A stretch of DNA of 64,000 bases. Source: Ramazzottius varieornatus. Lineage: Eukaryota; Animalia; Tardigrada. The translations under genes were made by a program, and so were the position numbers. This document shows positions 24,901-37,800 of the stretch, piece after piece (the stretch's first letter is position 1; every line of letters starts with the position of its first letter). The stretch lies in contig BDGG01000014.1 in assembly GCA_001949185.1 (NCBI GenBank), positions 124,001 to 188,000 of the forward strand, given 5' to 3'. The notes beneath the pieces are model-generated. The model was not told the origin of the DNA. It worked only from the letters and a program-made list of their open reading frames with translations, and did not search any database.

Positions 24901-26040
24901 ACCAATGTCAATATTATCAATTGGCGATGAAGGAAATACCGTACCGCACCGTTCGGAACCGTGCAAAAAATCACCGAAATCCCAATGATACTATTAATGA
25001 GACCAATTACGGAAAAACAAAAAAACGCAAAAGCTTTGCAGGTATAAAAAGTAGTTTTTCACCAGAGAAGAAGCATCAGTTCTCATACCTCCTTCCACTT
25101 GACCACATCGATATTGCTTCTTCCTATTCTCCAGCAGCAACAGCAACTATACCATTGCGGTCAGAACGAAGGCGGTCAGAACGAAGGCGGAGTCCGGGGC
25201 GGGATTGCAATCAAGAGGTTTGATGGAACTGATTGGAAAGCATTCCTTGGAATCGAAATCATCACGTCACCCAACATGTAGTCTCGACGCATTCAAAACA
25301 CTACTACAGAAAGCAATGACAGAGGTAGCTTTGAATATCACGGAAGAAATCACGGAAAGACTGCCGGTATCACAACGGAACACCTGTTACGCCTGAAACA
25401 GCTGACTGAACTGGGAACGTTGATCAAGGCTTTTGATTGCCGTGACGTCACGTCATACAGCCATTTTTGATTGATTGATTTGCCATGTCCTCAAGTTCCT
25501 TTCGCCAATTGTATATGCACACTCGTTAGCATTTCTGTAACGATGGAATGGACCGACATAATACTGTTATGGGTTCATTATGAATCTTCTAGCACAGTGG
25601 CTCTTGTTGGTAGCACGCAGCAGAAAACGAACTCAATAATGCAGCCTAATTCCTTTAACCTAATTTCTTACAGATTAATTCCGCGCAGCATACCATTGTA
25701 CCGTAAAGTCTATGGAATGGCGGCACGAGCCGGGTGTGTCCCTGGTCAAGCGGCGCACCATAACATTGTAAGCTATACAGGGCAGACTGGGTCAACTGGT
25801 GCATCATGTCATTTAGTTTCTCGTTAATCATGGTGCGCCGGAAACCGGGAATTCAGAGGTTTGGCTACAGCAGTTAGACCGCCTGTGAGCTAGGTTTGCC
25901 TCGAGATCTACAGGGTGAGTGACGTGGTGATTAAGATTTCAAAGAATGCGTTCCGATAAAGGACATCAAATCTCTTGATTATAATCCCGCCCCGAACTCC
26001 GCCTCCGTTTTGATTGATTGATTTGCCATGTCTCCACGTT
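24757..26040 (+). repeat. Second copy of the composite TE-derived segment (inverted relative to 12121-13270)
   Basis: Reverse-complement near-identity over ~1.15 kb; 25911-26040 matches 13370-13500 in direct orientation. Confidence 0.85.
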
Positions 26041-26364
26041 CGTGGCCGCAATGGTAGAATACATCAACTCTTGCCTAACAGAGGTTTAGGTACTGGTACT
26101 GCGCACGCCGTTCTGTAGCCTTCGGCAGCAAGAGGCTCAGGTTTTACGTACTTCTTATCACTGCTTAGTGCTTACGACAGTCAACGAGACTTAAAACCTG
26201 TAAAGGAAGCAGCTTAAAGTAACACTGGAACAAGTATAGCTTCGAAGTTCGGCCTTGGAAATTTCTTGCTGTTCCTCCTTATTCCGGATGTATGCGTAAT
26301 GACCAAACACGTACATTCACTTTGTTTCCCGAACATTCTCCAAATTACTGTATGTGTAAGTCTG

Positions 26365-27670
26365 ATGGATGAATTCACCCTTGCTGATGTCGACCGGATC
26401 CCTGGGAAGGACCGTCTGGGCGAGAAGCTCTTCCGTACGAAGAGCAATATGGGTTCTGCGATCGATGACTGAAGTTAGGAGTATTTGGGGGTGAGTTCGT
26501 CGAGCGTGTGAAGAGTTCACCGAAGATTTTACGTATTGAGGATTTCGGTGTCGGTTACGGTTTCACGACGAAACAGTTGCTGAAAGCCGGAGCGATCACC
26601 ACTGCTAACGATCTATCGGAAGATCATCTGAAAGTCCTCTGGGATACCACATCGGAGGAAGAAAGATCTCCATTGCACCTCGTGCCAGAGAACGTTGTAA
26701 ATTTGGAATTTCCAGACGGAAGCTTTGACGGAATAATGGCTTGCCGGTGGTTCAACTTCTTGACGGTTGACGAAGTCCTTAAAGTTTTGAAAAAGTTTCA
26801 CAAGTGGCTCGTACCGGGCGGCAGAATCTGTGTTACGATGGAGTTCCTGTGCTCAGCTTGGTACGTAAACGAGTACCCAAAGTACCTTAAGAGAAAGAGA
26901 AACAGAGAGGAGTGGCCCGGTGTGTTTCAAACAGAAAGTGGCCCGCAGTTTGAGGCTAACATCACTCTGCCTGCTAAATCTATTCACTATGACGAATACA
27001 TGGGTATCACCATATAGGAATGCGTCCAAAGCATTTTTGCTTGCAATTGGTTTTTTATAACATCAAGTTCTTTGGAATATTGAACCGCACCATAGGTTCA
27101 ATTTGCCGCACTTTGCCGCGAAACCAGAACAAACGGTCGAAAAATACACGCTAATGAATCAGAAACCACAGGGGTGTAAGGGGCAATCTTGGCGTTGACT
27201 CCAGCCGGAGACGCGAATCAGCAACCACGTACGATGCATGTTGTCCGGCTAAAGCTAGTGTTTGATTAACTGATCGAACACAGCTGCGCACATCGCGTTT
27301 GACCGTTACGCGTGCCGATTCATGCACCACACAGTCTTCACGCTCTTTTAGGGTGCCACTTGTAACTTTCTGACTTGTGGTAAGAACTCGATTCTGATTT
27401 CAGATTCGCGCTCCTCGGGGTCTGTTTGATGTAGCGGTTCTCGTTACAGTGAGACTTTAGGGTCCAGAAACTTTAGAACGTTCTCCTGAACAATTTCGTC
27501 AGACACACTTTGGGCGCATTCTCATATGGAGATACCCATATGTTGCGAAGGGAGCTGGAACGAGCTGGATTTGTCATTGAGAAGATCCGATACGAAGGAC
27601 GGTCTTCCTACCTGAAGGAGAACCAGGTGGATGGAAGAGAAAGGAGTTGGATCTATTGCTCAAAAACTCC
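26365..27670 (+). pseudogene. Class I SAM-dependent methyltransferase copy 1, intronless, disrupted by frameshifts and a 540-bp insertion
   Basis: LRIEDFGVGYGFTT (motif I), NDLSEDHL, FPDGSFDGIMACRWFNFL, WLVPGGRI, EWPG, LRRELERAGF. Confidence 0.8.
27000..27539. mobile_element. TIR element inserted in the methyltransferase CDS
   Basis: ~32-bp TIR ATGGGTATC.CCATAT..GAATGCG.CCAAAG; removing it rejoins YDEY|MLRRELE in frame. Confidence 0.8.
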
Positions 27671-28571
27671 CTCCGTTATCCTAACTATATTGGCTTTCAA
27701 GACAAGAAGTGAGCATCATTGTTCAAGCATTTTTGACTGGTGGAAGCATAGGACGGGGTGGGCTGTTAGCAGGTCGGATGATATGACTCGAATTCGAAAA
27801 CTCTTATCTTTAGACTGGGTCTGAATTTTGATCTGGTCTTTTTCGTTACATAGGACGCGTTAAACTCCTTCAAACGTTCGCGTGAAACCTTCGATTGCGC
27901 TCCAAGTTCCTTTCCAGGAACGGTTTTCGTTACTTTCGCTTTTTGAGTATCTTGTCTCTCTTTACGAAAAAAGCCTTGGCTGAGGTTGAAATTTAACCCG
28001 TCTAAACCTACAAATCAAGGATGCAAAAGAACTGTTCCCTGCATTCCAGGAGCTAGTGAAAATTCTGAGACTTCGAATGGTACTGTAAAAGAAGATAACT
28101 TGGTTTTATCGTACGAGAGCACGTTACTCGTTTTGGTCGATCGAAATAGGAAAAGAATCTGAAACGTTATAACCCCAGGGAACTGGCGCGCACTGAAAGC
28201 TCGACGTACCGCTCGGTATCCTACAGAACTTCTTTTTTGCGAAACCAGCACTCGTTCCTTCCAAAGCTTATCGCCTCTGGATTGGGGCCCAAGCTATGCA
28301 GTACAGCACAGAGACAACTTTCTGAGAAATAAGTACCCAGTTTTGCGGTAAAAACTGCGACCCAACTCTGGCCAACGGTTAGCTCGGCTTCTTCCCTCAT
28401 CTTTTCTACTTTCCTCTCTCACTGAATCACCTCGGTTATGGTTGCAAAACAATCGCAGCAGAGCTTAGTTTACCGTTGAGGATCACACAAGATGAAAATG
28501 CTGCTGTGCGTTGTCAGTAAACGTCGTCGAAAGTGTGCCTTCAAGATCGGAAAGTTATATTGACCGACCTA

Positions 28572-29481
28572 ATATTGAGTGCGGAAGTATGACTTGTCCC
28601 CCATTTTCGAGCACCAAATTCAAAAATTGTTTCCTCCCGTTTGACCGAAGTGTTTCATCCCAAACTTTTTGCGGTATGATGCAACATCATAAGGCTTTCG
28701 AATTTGCTCATGGATGTTCAAATCTTTGGTGTTCATCGGGCTGCAAAACCAGTTTAGTGAAAGTGCCTGTTTTGTGAAAAAACCACCACTTCCGGGAAAA
28801 CAATTTTTTCGAACACCCAGATCCCTTTTGAAAACCTAACCATGCCTGCAAAACGTATTCTGGTGGTCGGTCTTTCGAAAGCTCCATCAAGTTTTCTTTC
28901 GTAATATTGGCTGCCAAAGTTATCCGGGTGGAAACTTGGACACAAGTCCAAACAGGAAAATTCGCCTTGTGAGAGCTCAGAGAGTTCAATCGCGAAGTAA
29001 CTTCGATACAGTACACCGTGGTGCATCTACTGAACATCTCACTAGTAGATTTCGAGAATTCTGGGAGACAGGAAAAATTCAACTCCGATTACCTCACTAA
29101 AGTGGCGCATTTTAGAGGTCTACACCCCGAAAAATGGAAAATCTTGTTTTCGAAAAACCAAAAGTCGCATTCAGATAAGTCCTGACTGCTGTCATGAAGA
29201 ACCAACTCAGTTTTATACAGTAATATGATTCGCTTCAAAGTCGGTTGAACCATTAGCTGAAGAAAAAATTCGGAAAAACAGGGGAAAAAATCTTCCTCTT
29301 TGACTATAAACCAAGCGTTCTCCTCCCGTAAGCAACCCACGGACTTGATTCTTGTTGCAAAGAGGAATGTTGATGGTTAACCTATCACATGTAGCAGAGA
29401 AGAAAAGACAGAAATCTCACTTGCAAAAAGTTTCAAATGTGCTCCCTCGAAAAGGGGTAAGTCATACTTCCGCACCTAATA
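28572..29481. mobile_element. Diverged copy of the TIR element at 5989-7032
   Basis: TIR gtgcggaagtatgactt / aagtcatacttcgcac; shared internal blocks tcccaaactttttgc and tacctcactaaagtggcgcat. Confidence 0.75.
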
Positions 29482-29652
29482 CCTACCAAACTCCTAATTC
29501 AAACAACAGCGGTCCCACGCATATTGTAAGAACACACAGAAAACTGCTACAGCAAACACTTTGGCCGATTTCACGTACGTTTGTTCCAGGAACATCCCGG
29601 GTTCGGGTGTTAACAGTTAGCTTTATTACTATTGCGCCGGCCTGATACAAGG

Positions 29653-31284
29653 ATGAAGCTCACTGTGTTGCCCATCCAAGGTGCATTTCTACGACTACTT
29701 ACGGAGTCTTCTGCTACATTACGGCCGCATCGACAAGTTAGTTTAATCCAGCGTTTTATAATCTTGTTACCCCTCTTCGTTCTGATAGTTACCCTATGGG
29801 GATCCGTGACATCACTTTGTCTCCAGATATCTTACGTGTATTTTCGAACACACCGGTATTCCATCCCGCTTATTAGACAACTCTCACATCAAATCCCATA
29901 CATAAGCGAACATTTGCGGGGCTTCTTTAGCATTCTTTGGCTGACTATCTATCGTGAAAAGATTCGGCAGTTACTACAGGCCGCAGACGAGTTTGTTTCA
30001 CGTGGTACCGCGCCGTGCGATATCAAGCCGACATTCCAAAGATGGAAATTGAGGTCTGTTTTGTTGACGGTTCTCATATGCGCAATGCATATAGGAGTGA
30101 CGTGGGTTGATTGGTTGTACGATCTATACGTGTGGGATACCTCCCTGTTAGGTGAAGATTTCATGGAGCCGCTCCCAATCAAAATGACTACGTTGCAGTA
30201 TTTTATCCAGTGGTCATTATGGGTTGAGGTACCATTCATGATCTCCCAAATGCTGCATTCTGCTGCCATCATTTTAGCATGGATCCTTGGTGGCGCACTA
30301 AATGGGCTTATTGTTAAGATTGAAACATCCACCTGCGCGGTTCAAAGCACAACGCTTACACTTTCGGAATATCTGAAGCAAATGAAACTGTGGAGGAAGT
30401 CCCATGTGGACATTCTGCTGTTTTGTGAAAGTTTGAAGTATTGTTTTGGTGGGCTATTCTTTACGGTCTTTTCCTGTGACTTTCTGGCCGTCGCGGGTTA
30501 CGTGGCTAGGTTACTCAATGAACCGAGCGAAACTGCATCCGCGCTGTTTGTAAGTCGACTCATCGGAAACGCGGTTGTGTTTGCATCGTTCCAAACTGTG
30601 TTTGTCATTCCACTAGTACTAGTCAATGAACAGGTAATATGATAGCTCAACCGCTGCAGAATCTTCATCCCCAAAAGTATTGATATTAGGACAGTCAAAT
30701 AATCCTTTACAGAGCCTGAAGCTTCGCTTGGCCATCACCGAATTCGCGACCGCGATCCGACACGCTTATGGCTCGAGTTCAGCAAAGAGGTACTCTGATC
30801 TGTCAGTGACAGCAAAATGGACGGCAAGGTTTGGAGACAGCGTGGGTGGTAGCTCCTGTAGTCTCGATGGTCTCAAGCTGGTAGAATACACTCGCGCGTT
30901 CATCTTTGGTGTAAGTATGACTTGTGGGTATGCGTTGTATCGCACTACAAAACAGTACACGCACGATGGGTAATTATGGGACAGTAAATATTATGGGACA
31001 GGCCTTTCCGCCAGGGCGGTACAGAAGCACGTACGTACACGGCTGATCCACTTTGACACACTTTTCGACGCCCGGCTACGGTTGGTATTCCATTTTACCG
31101 TCATTTCCGCCTGTCCCATAATTTTTACTGCCTCATGATTACCCATCGTGCGTGTACGAGTAGTTTACATTTTTTGCAGAGCTTGATAACGGCGTGTGCG
31201 TTTGCTACTTTGGTGCACGAGTTAACGGACAGGAAGACTTTCCAAACTACGTTTTTCGTTGGCCCTTCATCACAGCCCAAATAA
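29653..31284 (+). CDS. Gustatory receptor-like 7TM chemoreceptor; exons 29653-30633, 30695-30910, 31180-31284
   Basis: Multi-TM first exon ending VLVNEQ|gt, same three-exon phase-0 layout as 2562-4124, C-terminus LDGLKLVEYTRAFIFG|SLITACAFATLVHEL; frame intact. Confidence 0.8.
30958..31154. mobile_element. Tc1-like MITE, family A, in GR intron 2
   Basis: TIR CACGCACGATGGGTAAT.ATG..CAGTAAA.ATTATGGGACAGGC, TA TSD. Confidence 0.85.
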
Positions 31285-31600
31285 CATTCAACTGCGTTAC
31301 CGCAATACAGAAGCGGCTTTCTGGAAATAGGTTTGATATGATCAGAATTTGAATCCAAGCCGTGCACAAACTGGACGCACATACCGTTGAGTTCGATGCG
31401 TTTAGGACTTTATAACTTTTATTATCAGGATTATCTAGGACAAGTGGTCATTTCGTACCGATACGCATAATAAAAATTCACCGACTTTCTCCTGACAACC
31501 CAAACGACTATTCTAGTAGCTTACTAAGTGAAGCTTCTCGCTTCCGAGTATCTGGCTGTTGCAACGGCGATCCAAGTACATAAAATTTTCACACATTTTT

Positions 31601-31692
31601 AGCCGCCATATCTGTTGCATGCGCGCAACACTTACTGTATGCCAGAGTCAACGGATATGCCGGCAGAAGTGCTGTGTACAAGTATTGCGCGC
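31601..31692. repeat. Small hairpin MITE; related copy ~57050-57192
   Basis: agccg..tatctgttgcatgcgcgcaa / ttgcgcgcatgcaacagata..cggct; core atatgccggcagaagtg recurs near 57136. Confidence 0.6.
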
Positions 31693-31849
31693 ATGCAACA
31701 GATAAGACGGCTATACACGGTCGCTCACAATATTGATCGAAGTGTGCTACAGCTCGTTCAGTGTCTGGGTCGTTGGAGGATTTTCTCTTGTCTTCCTTTT
31801 CTAAATTATCCAGGGGGGAAGAATCTACCCATAGCTTGTAGTAAGAATA

Positions 31850-32621
31850 TCCGAATCACCCATCAACGATAGCAACTCCCCACTACCGAATGAGCGCATT
31901 GCCGACAAAGTCTACCGCACCAAGAACAACATGGGAGTCATGCTTGAGGATGTGGGCAAATTTGACGGAGAGTTCCTCGACGCTGTAAAACAGTCGCCAA
32001 AGAATCCGCTGAAAATTTTGGACCTTTGCGTTGCGTACGGTTTTACAACCAAAGAACTGTTGAAGACTGGAGCGGATGTCACAGCTGATGACCTGTCGGA
32101 AGAGCATCTGAAACATCTGTGGGAAACCGTATCGGAGGAAGAACGCACTCGGTTGCAGCTGCTGCCGGGGAACGCCGTAGAACTGGAGTTTCCAGCCAAG
32201 AGCGTTGACGGAATAATGGCTTGTCGGTGGTTCAATTTTCTGACGGGTGACAAAGTTCGCAAGGTCCTGGAGAAGTCCTACAACTGGCTTGTGCCAAGTG
32301 GAACACTTTGTGTTACAGCCGAGTCCATTCATTCGGCGTGCTTTGTGAACGCGTATGCCAAGTATGTTAGAGCGAAAGAATCTAGCGCGGAGGACGAGTG
32401 ACCGGGTTTGCTGTACAGAGCGGATATGCCCAAGTTCAAAACAAACGTTGAATTGGCTGAATCGGTCTTATTATTTGATGTGGACATTCTCAAAAGGGGA
32501 ACTGGAGCGCGCTGGATTTACGGTGGGGACAATTGGTTACGAAAGTCGCTACTTGTGCACCAAAGAGACACAGAATGATGGGCGCGGAAGGGTTGGTGCC
32601 ATTGCCGGAAAGCCATTGTGA
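31850..32621 (+). pseudogene. Class I SAM-dependent methyltransferase copy 2, intronless, with nonsense codon and frameshift
   Basis: YRTKNNMG, KILDLCVAYGFTT, DDLSEEHL, DGIMACRWFNFL; TGA at 32399-32401 where copy 1 has TGG (EWPG); extra G at ~32496-32499. Confidence 0.8.
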
Positions 32622-34873
32622 TGGTTAATCGGACGCATTGTGTTTACTCACTTGAAACATCCGTCTGGTCGTGCTTTTGGGGTTAGTAGCATGCTTTCAA
32701 ATACTTGACGGAAAGTAACAACTACAGTGGATTGACGCCAACTTTAGCATTTTCTGTCTGAATTTCACCAGTACATGAGTCGTCAAACCGACATCTTCAG
32801 CATATTAATTCGGTGCATGCATTTAGAACACCGTATACCACAAAAGTTAGACATAGTACTAACTGGTCTCCCTTTGACAGATATTACCGTTTTCCCTGAC
32901 TACATACTTCATACAAATTACATGAGTGGTCAAACGGACTTTTTCAACCAGCAGCTCGCACAGTAACCCTTATGTGATTGCTGAAAATTGTTCCCATCAT
33001 CCACGAACGCATGTTGGACACGCGTCCGTAAACAGGAGGTTCTTCGGATCCGCGATGACAGCCCACTCTGAGACAGCCTCTTTATACAGGGTGATCCCTT
33101 TAGGTTGAAACGATCTTGAACGGCAATAGAATAATACACAGCGGTGATTTTGTTCTGTAGACTGGAACACTGGTTCCACAGCAGACGACGCATCTTCAGG
33201 AGTTTCTGTCGCGCCAGGAAGTGGTCATTGGTATTTCTTCCCGATACTTTGTACAGAGCTAAGAGGCTTAGCTATCACGTAAAGACATTGATATCGTAAT
33301 CGGCAAATAACATGGCTGAATGACATGTGAGCGTGATACAGAACGTCGATTTGGTGGTCCACTTTGGTCTTGGTAACTTTCGTTATCAAGCGCTTTGCGC
33401 TTTAGTTGTCCGTAACCTTCATAATTCTGCCCACAACCGAGTGAGGCAGAATTACGTCCTGCACCTCGTAATTTCAAAGGATTGACTTCACTAGAGCAGC
33501 AGGTACTGTATGAAAGCCTTCAAGTATTACGTAACATGTCGATATTAGAAGCTGCTATCTCCACCCCTTTCGCGAGCACTGTGTGAGATTCTCAGTGCTA
33601 CTACTTAAAGCCCCATTTATTGCGTAAGATTTTCAAGACCCCGTCAGAAGTGAAAACGCATTTTGGCTGACGAAACGGGGGAATACGGCAAACTGAGGTC
33701 CGTTCAAACGCTTTTCATGTTTCCTGTTCTCATCGCGTTGGCGAGGTTTTACCCTTAAAAAATCGAGATGCGTTTGTTATTTACAGGTAGATGAAACAAC
33801 AGCTGAGTTTTCGACATCAGTAACGATGTCAGAAAGTATGTTTGAAATTTTCTGTAAAAAACCGCAAAGTTACACGTACAGTTGCAGACATAATATATCC
33901 GGCGTGGTACAGCAGGAAGTATTTCACCTGGAACTCACCGAAGTGTTAGCTTCTAATTTCAGAAACAACAGCAGCAACATCCCCGCGCGCTTCTCTACCA
34001 GCTGGATTCCTCAGTCTACGAGGGGGAAGGTTTTTAACGGGTGAATGTGAACTCCTGACAAGACACTTTCTGCTCCGTATACCTGGTTCAACGTTGCGCT
34101 TGGTTAACACCCTGATTACCACCTTACTCATTGTGAGTACAATACGGCACTTTTTCGCTCCCCATGATTTCCATTTTGCCCGGTTTGAACCAAACGTTTT
34201 TTTCATTGCCTGGTCTGCGGTTTTATCACCGAAACGCAGCTGATGACCACTGATCAGTACAACTTCCGAAGGCTGGAAAAACTTACGATTTCGGGCAGTT
34301 TCGGGAGTATTTTAGGTTTCCTGTCTTTGCTCGAAAAGACAGGAAAAACAGCTACCATCGGTTTAGAAAAAAAATGAAACACTGAGGAGAGCTTCCTCTA
34401 CCGATACCAGGCTTGGGACAAACTTGGTGTCATCGGTGCGTTCAGAAAAGAATCAAAACGGCCAGGGCTACTTTTCCCACGTTGGCCTTTACGGCATGCC
34501 AATCTCCACAATTCGAAATTCTGAAAGTTGTCGATTGGTTAATTTGGGCTACGGCTTCCAGTTTCCTCCAGTTAAAGTTCTGTGCTCACTGTGAGTACGC
34601 TGGTAATCTGACAAAAAGCTTGGTATTCGGGGTGTTAAAACAATTTGCCCGTTGTACCGCCGAATGTTTGACTTCTCGAGCATTGTGGACTTCAGCGTTG
34701 GTTTCGTCAATAAAACAGGGCGTCATCTTGGTGCTCGCGAAATGGTTGAGCCTGGCAACCCGTCGATCAGGTAGAGTCTCAACCTGTCCAACGTAAACAC
34801 GAACCTGAACTTGCCTACGATAAACGTACAGATGCTTCTCGTTAAACTGCGGTAGTACAACCTGTAGGCTGTA

Positions 34874-37800
34874 ATGTCTGCGGTGGAGCCTGCAACTTCC
34901 CTGATGGGAACGCCTGCTGTTCCACCTTCACCATCTCTACACAAGGAGCCTATTCCGAAAGTCCAACCGGAACGCTATGCCGATCCACTAGCCAGTGTTT
35001 CAGCCATCCCTAGAGCCTCCGAAGTGGAAGATGACTTAGCTGTGGATGCATTCTTCTCCGCTACGAAAGACTCTGTCTCTGATCCACACATCAAAGTCTT
35101 ACGTAAACCCTCCATTGATTATGACAATGATCCCGTGGCTGGACTGCGTCTTGCAACCAATCTTCGAATCCACCGAAGTAGCAGGTTCTTGGACACGTTA
35201 CAAACGAACAAGAAAGAGTTTGACGATCAGATGAGAGCATATCAGATGTATACCGCGGTCCGAACGATACCAGATGTGAGGACGCCTGAGCTAAGCGGCT
35301 CGACGCCAAGCAGGCCTGTGAAGAGATCTGTGGTTGGGATGGATGAAGTCGACAAGGTATTCCCACCGAGTAAGTAAAATCTATCCGTTGATACCCCGTT
35401 AACCAGTTTCTCATACTGACCAAAAATTTCAATTACCTAAAAGCGAGGTTGCAAATCCTGAAAAACTTACCCGATGATGTAATGATGATGTTTGCTTGTG
35501 TCCGATTCGGCCTATTCCTCTGATCAGTCTGGGCTACTGTACGTCCGTCTAGGGCGAGTTCTAGTCTAGGCAATGTTCATAGCTTAAAGATTGCTGCAGT
35601 ACTCGCATCCATGTTCGTACTGTAATCGTGAACTTCGCGAAGCACGCCATCATACGCGCGAAACATCCCCTAGGAGGTTTGTAAGAAAAAATTTTCGGAC
35701 CGGGGTTCAACTGTACGCGTATGATGACGTACTTCGCGAAGTTCATGAAGCATTGCAGTAGGTGTTCCCACGTGTTTACCCACTTTTTGTTTACCAGCCC
35801 GTTCGGGGCAACTTGCTACCACCTATAAAATTTAAGCCTTGGGTTTCTGTCAAACCTTGAAAGTAACTTCCCTAGATTTATCAGTCTTCCTGCTACCACG
35901 AAGAAAATTGTCGGCCAGAAATCCAGCCACATGAATTCGAAATCGACAAGAACCTAATAGGCGAACAAAAAGAAACAATAACTTTCGCGTTTTTCAGGAC
36001 AGTCTTTCAAGATTCGTTTTCCGGTTTCACATGAGGTTCTGCGGTATCTTTGCTGAAGGTAGCCAGAAAAGACGTCGACTACAGGGAAAGACGTCGACAG
36101 TATGGATCTGTCGCCCAGGACAAAAGGACCGCAGAAGTAGGTTCCCCGACAGAATGGCCGAATTTGACAGTCTCAATTCATTTGCTAAGTTAGCTTGGCG
36201 CTTGTGCGATGCTTTCTGATTTTTCACAGCAGCCCGGATGGTCTCATGTATGGTGAGATCAAAATGGGGTTGACACTCGAACATGGAAATTGAGAGACGA
36301 TGTTTCAATCAGGAGCAGAGGTTTTCCCCACCGGAAGTCATACTGATCAACTTTCCCGAACTGTCTCTCCACCTTTGTGAGTGTACTATATTGCAATCGA
36401 AAAACCTTGAAAAGCTGTATATGAAGTAGAGGGAACGGGTGAAAAAGGCTCAAAGCGAATTTCTGCAGCCCGAACGGGCTGCATGCACACTGCCTTGCTT
36501 GCGCGCAATTCCGTCAGTCTTACTGAATCCTACCTGATCCTGTTTAGGTGAAATCCTACTCGCATGTTTAACTCTATCAATAAATCTACTATAGCTATTA
36601 CGTGTAATCGGATGATCCTGTACCTTTCTGCTTACAAGGATTCGGTTATTCTGTTATTCTTCCTCACAGAAATTACAGGCAATTGAAGTCAGCTGTTTCC
36701 CCCAGTGAACTGCAGCACTTATCTACGGGCTGGGGTATTTACAGAGTGTTGCACTTACCCATGCGGGACTTATGCTAAATGCAGCCCAGTTAGTTTGCTG
36801 CACATCTCGAGACACTTTCCGTAGTACATGGATTATGTTATCCCAAATGGTCTAGTGGTTAGGATTCCGCCCTCTCACGGCGGTGGCCGGGGTTCGATTC
36901 CCCGTTTGGGAAACCTTTTTATGCTGCAGTCTTTTAAGTGCATGCGCTGTACACGCACTGTCCATACTTTTCCAAGAATGGGATTACATGTATTTTTTTA
37001 CAGAGTCCAAAGCATGCACTCCACATTGACGATGACCAAAAGGAAGAGCCCTGGACGTTTGGGTCGGCTCAGCACCACATTGTGGAAGTTATCCAGGCCA
37101 GCACCGTTCGTAAAGCCAAGAAGAAGAAGAAAGAGAAAAAGAAGAAGCGAAATGCCACGCCCGAACCAACGAAGGATATCTTATCGAAAGAAGAAGCATA
37201 CCTGAACTACCAGATCGTGGTCGCTGAAGAAAAGCTACGCCAGGAACAGCTGGCTTTCCAATCTGCCTTACATGAATGCAGAAAGGACGAAGAACGCCTC
37301 GTCGAAGTCCGCAAGAGATACGATCAGGAAATCCAGGCATGTAAAAATGACTTCGCCGACCAAGAATCAGCTTTGCTAGCATTTGAAGATGAATGGAACA
37401 GGAAAGTCCACCACGACGAAGAACGACTCCGGCAAACAGCCTTTGATATCAAATACGATGCCAAAGCTCTCGAGGAACAAATTGAAGACGAAGAGAGACA
37501 GATTGCGGAGCAACAGAAAAATATTGCAGTGTGGGAGAAATTTAAAATCGGATTGATGGTCCGCAATCAAGCAAAAATCGATCAGTTACTTCGTGATATC
37601 GAAACTCAAAGAATCAATCGAGAAGCGCACATTCGACTGACGGAAGAAGCGGTAAACTTAGCCGAAGAAGCGGCGAAAAAAGCTGAAGAAAAAGCGATGG
37701 ATGCTCTGTGTAACCGCCACATCAAGGAAGTCAAGCGATCGTTACCACCTGAAGAAATTCAGGAGATTGAGAACAACGACTTCATCATTACTGAACTGAA

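Noticed and set aside
32399-32401. In-frame TGA at a conserved Trp (possible recoding, genetic code 4 or selenocysteine)
   Set aside because: The paralogue has TGG, other Trp codons in the gene are TGG, and further lesions exist; a nonsense mutation is simpler
36027-36453. Antisense ORF fragments in the coiled-coil gene intron
   Set aside because: No identifiable domain; cannot be supported as a nested gene
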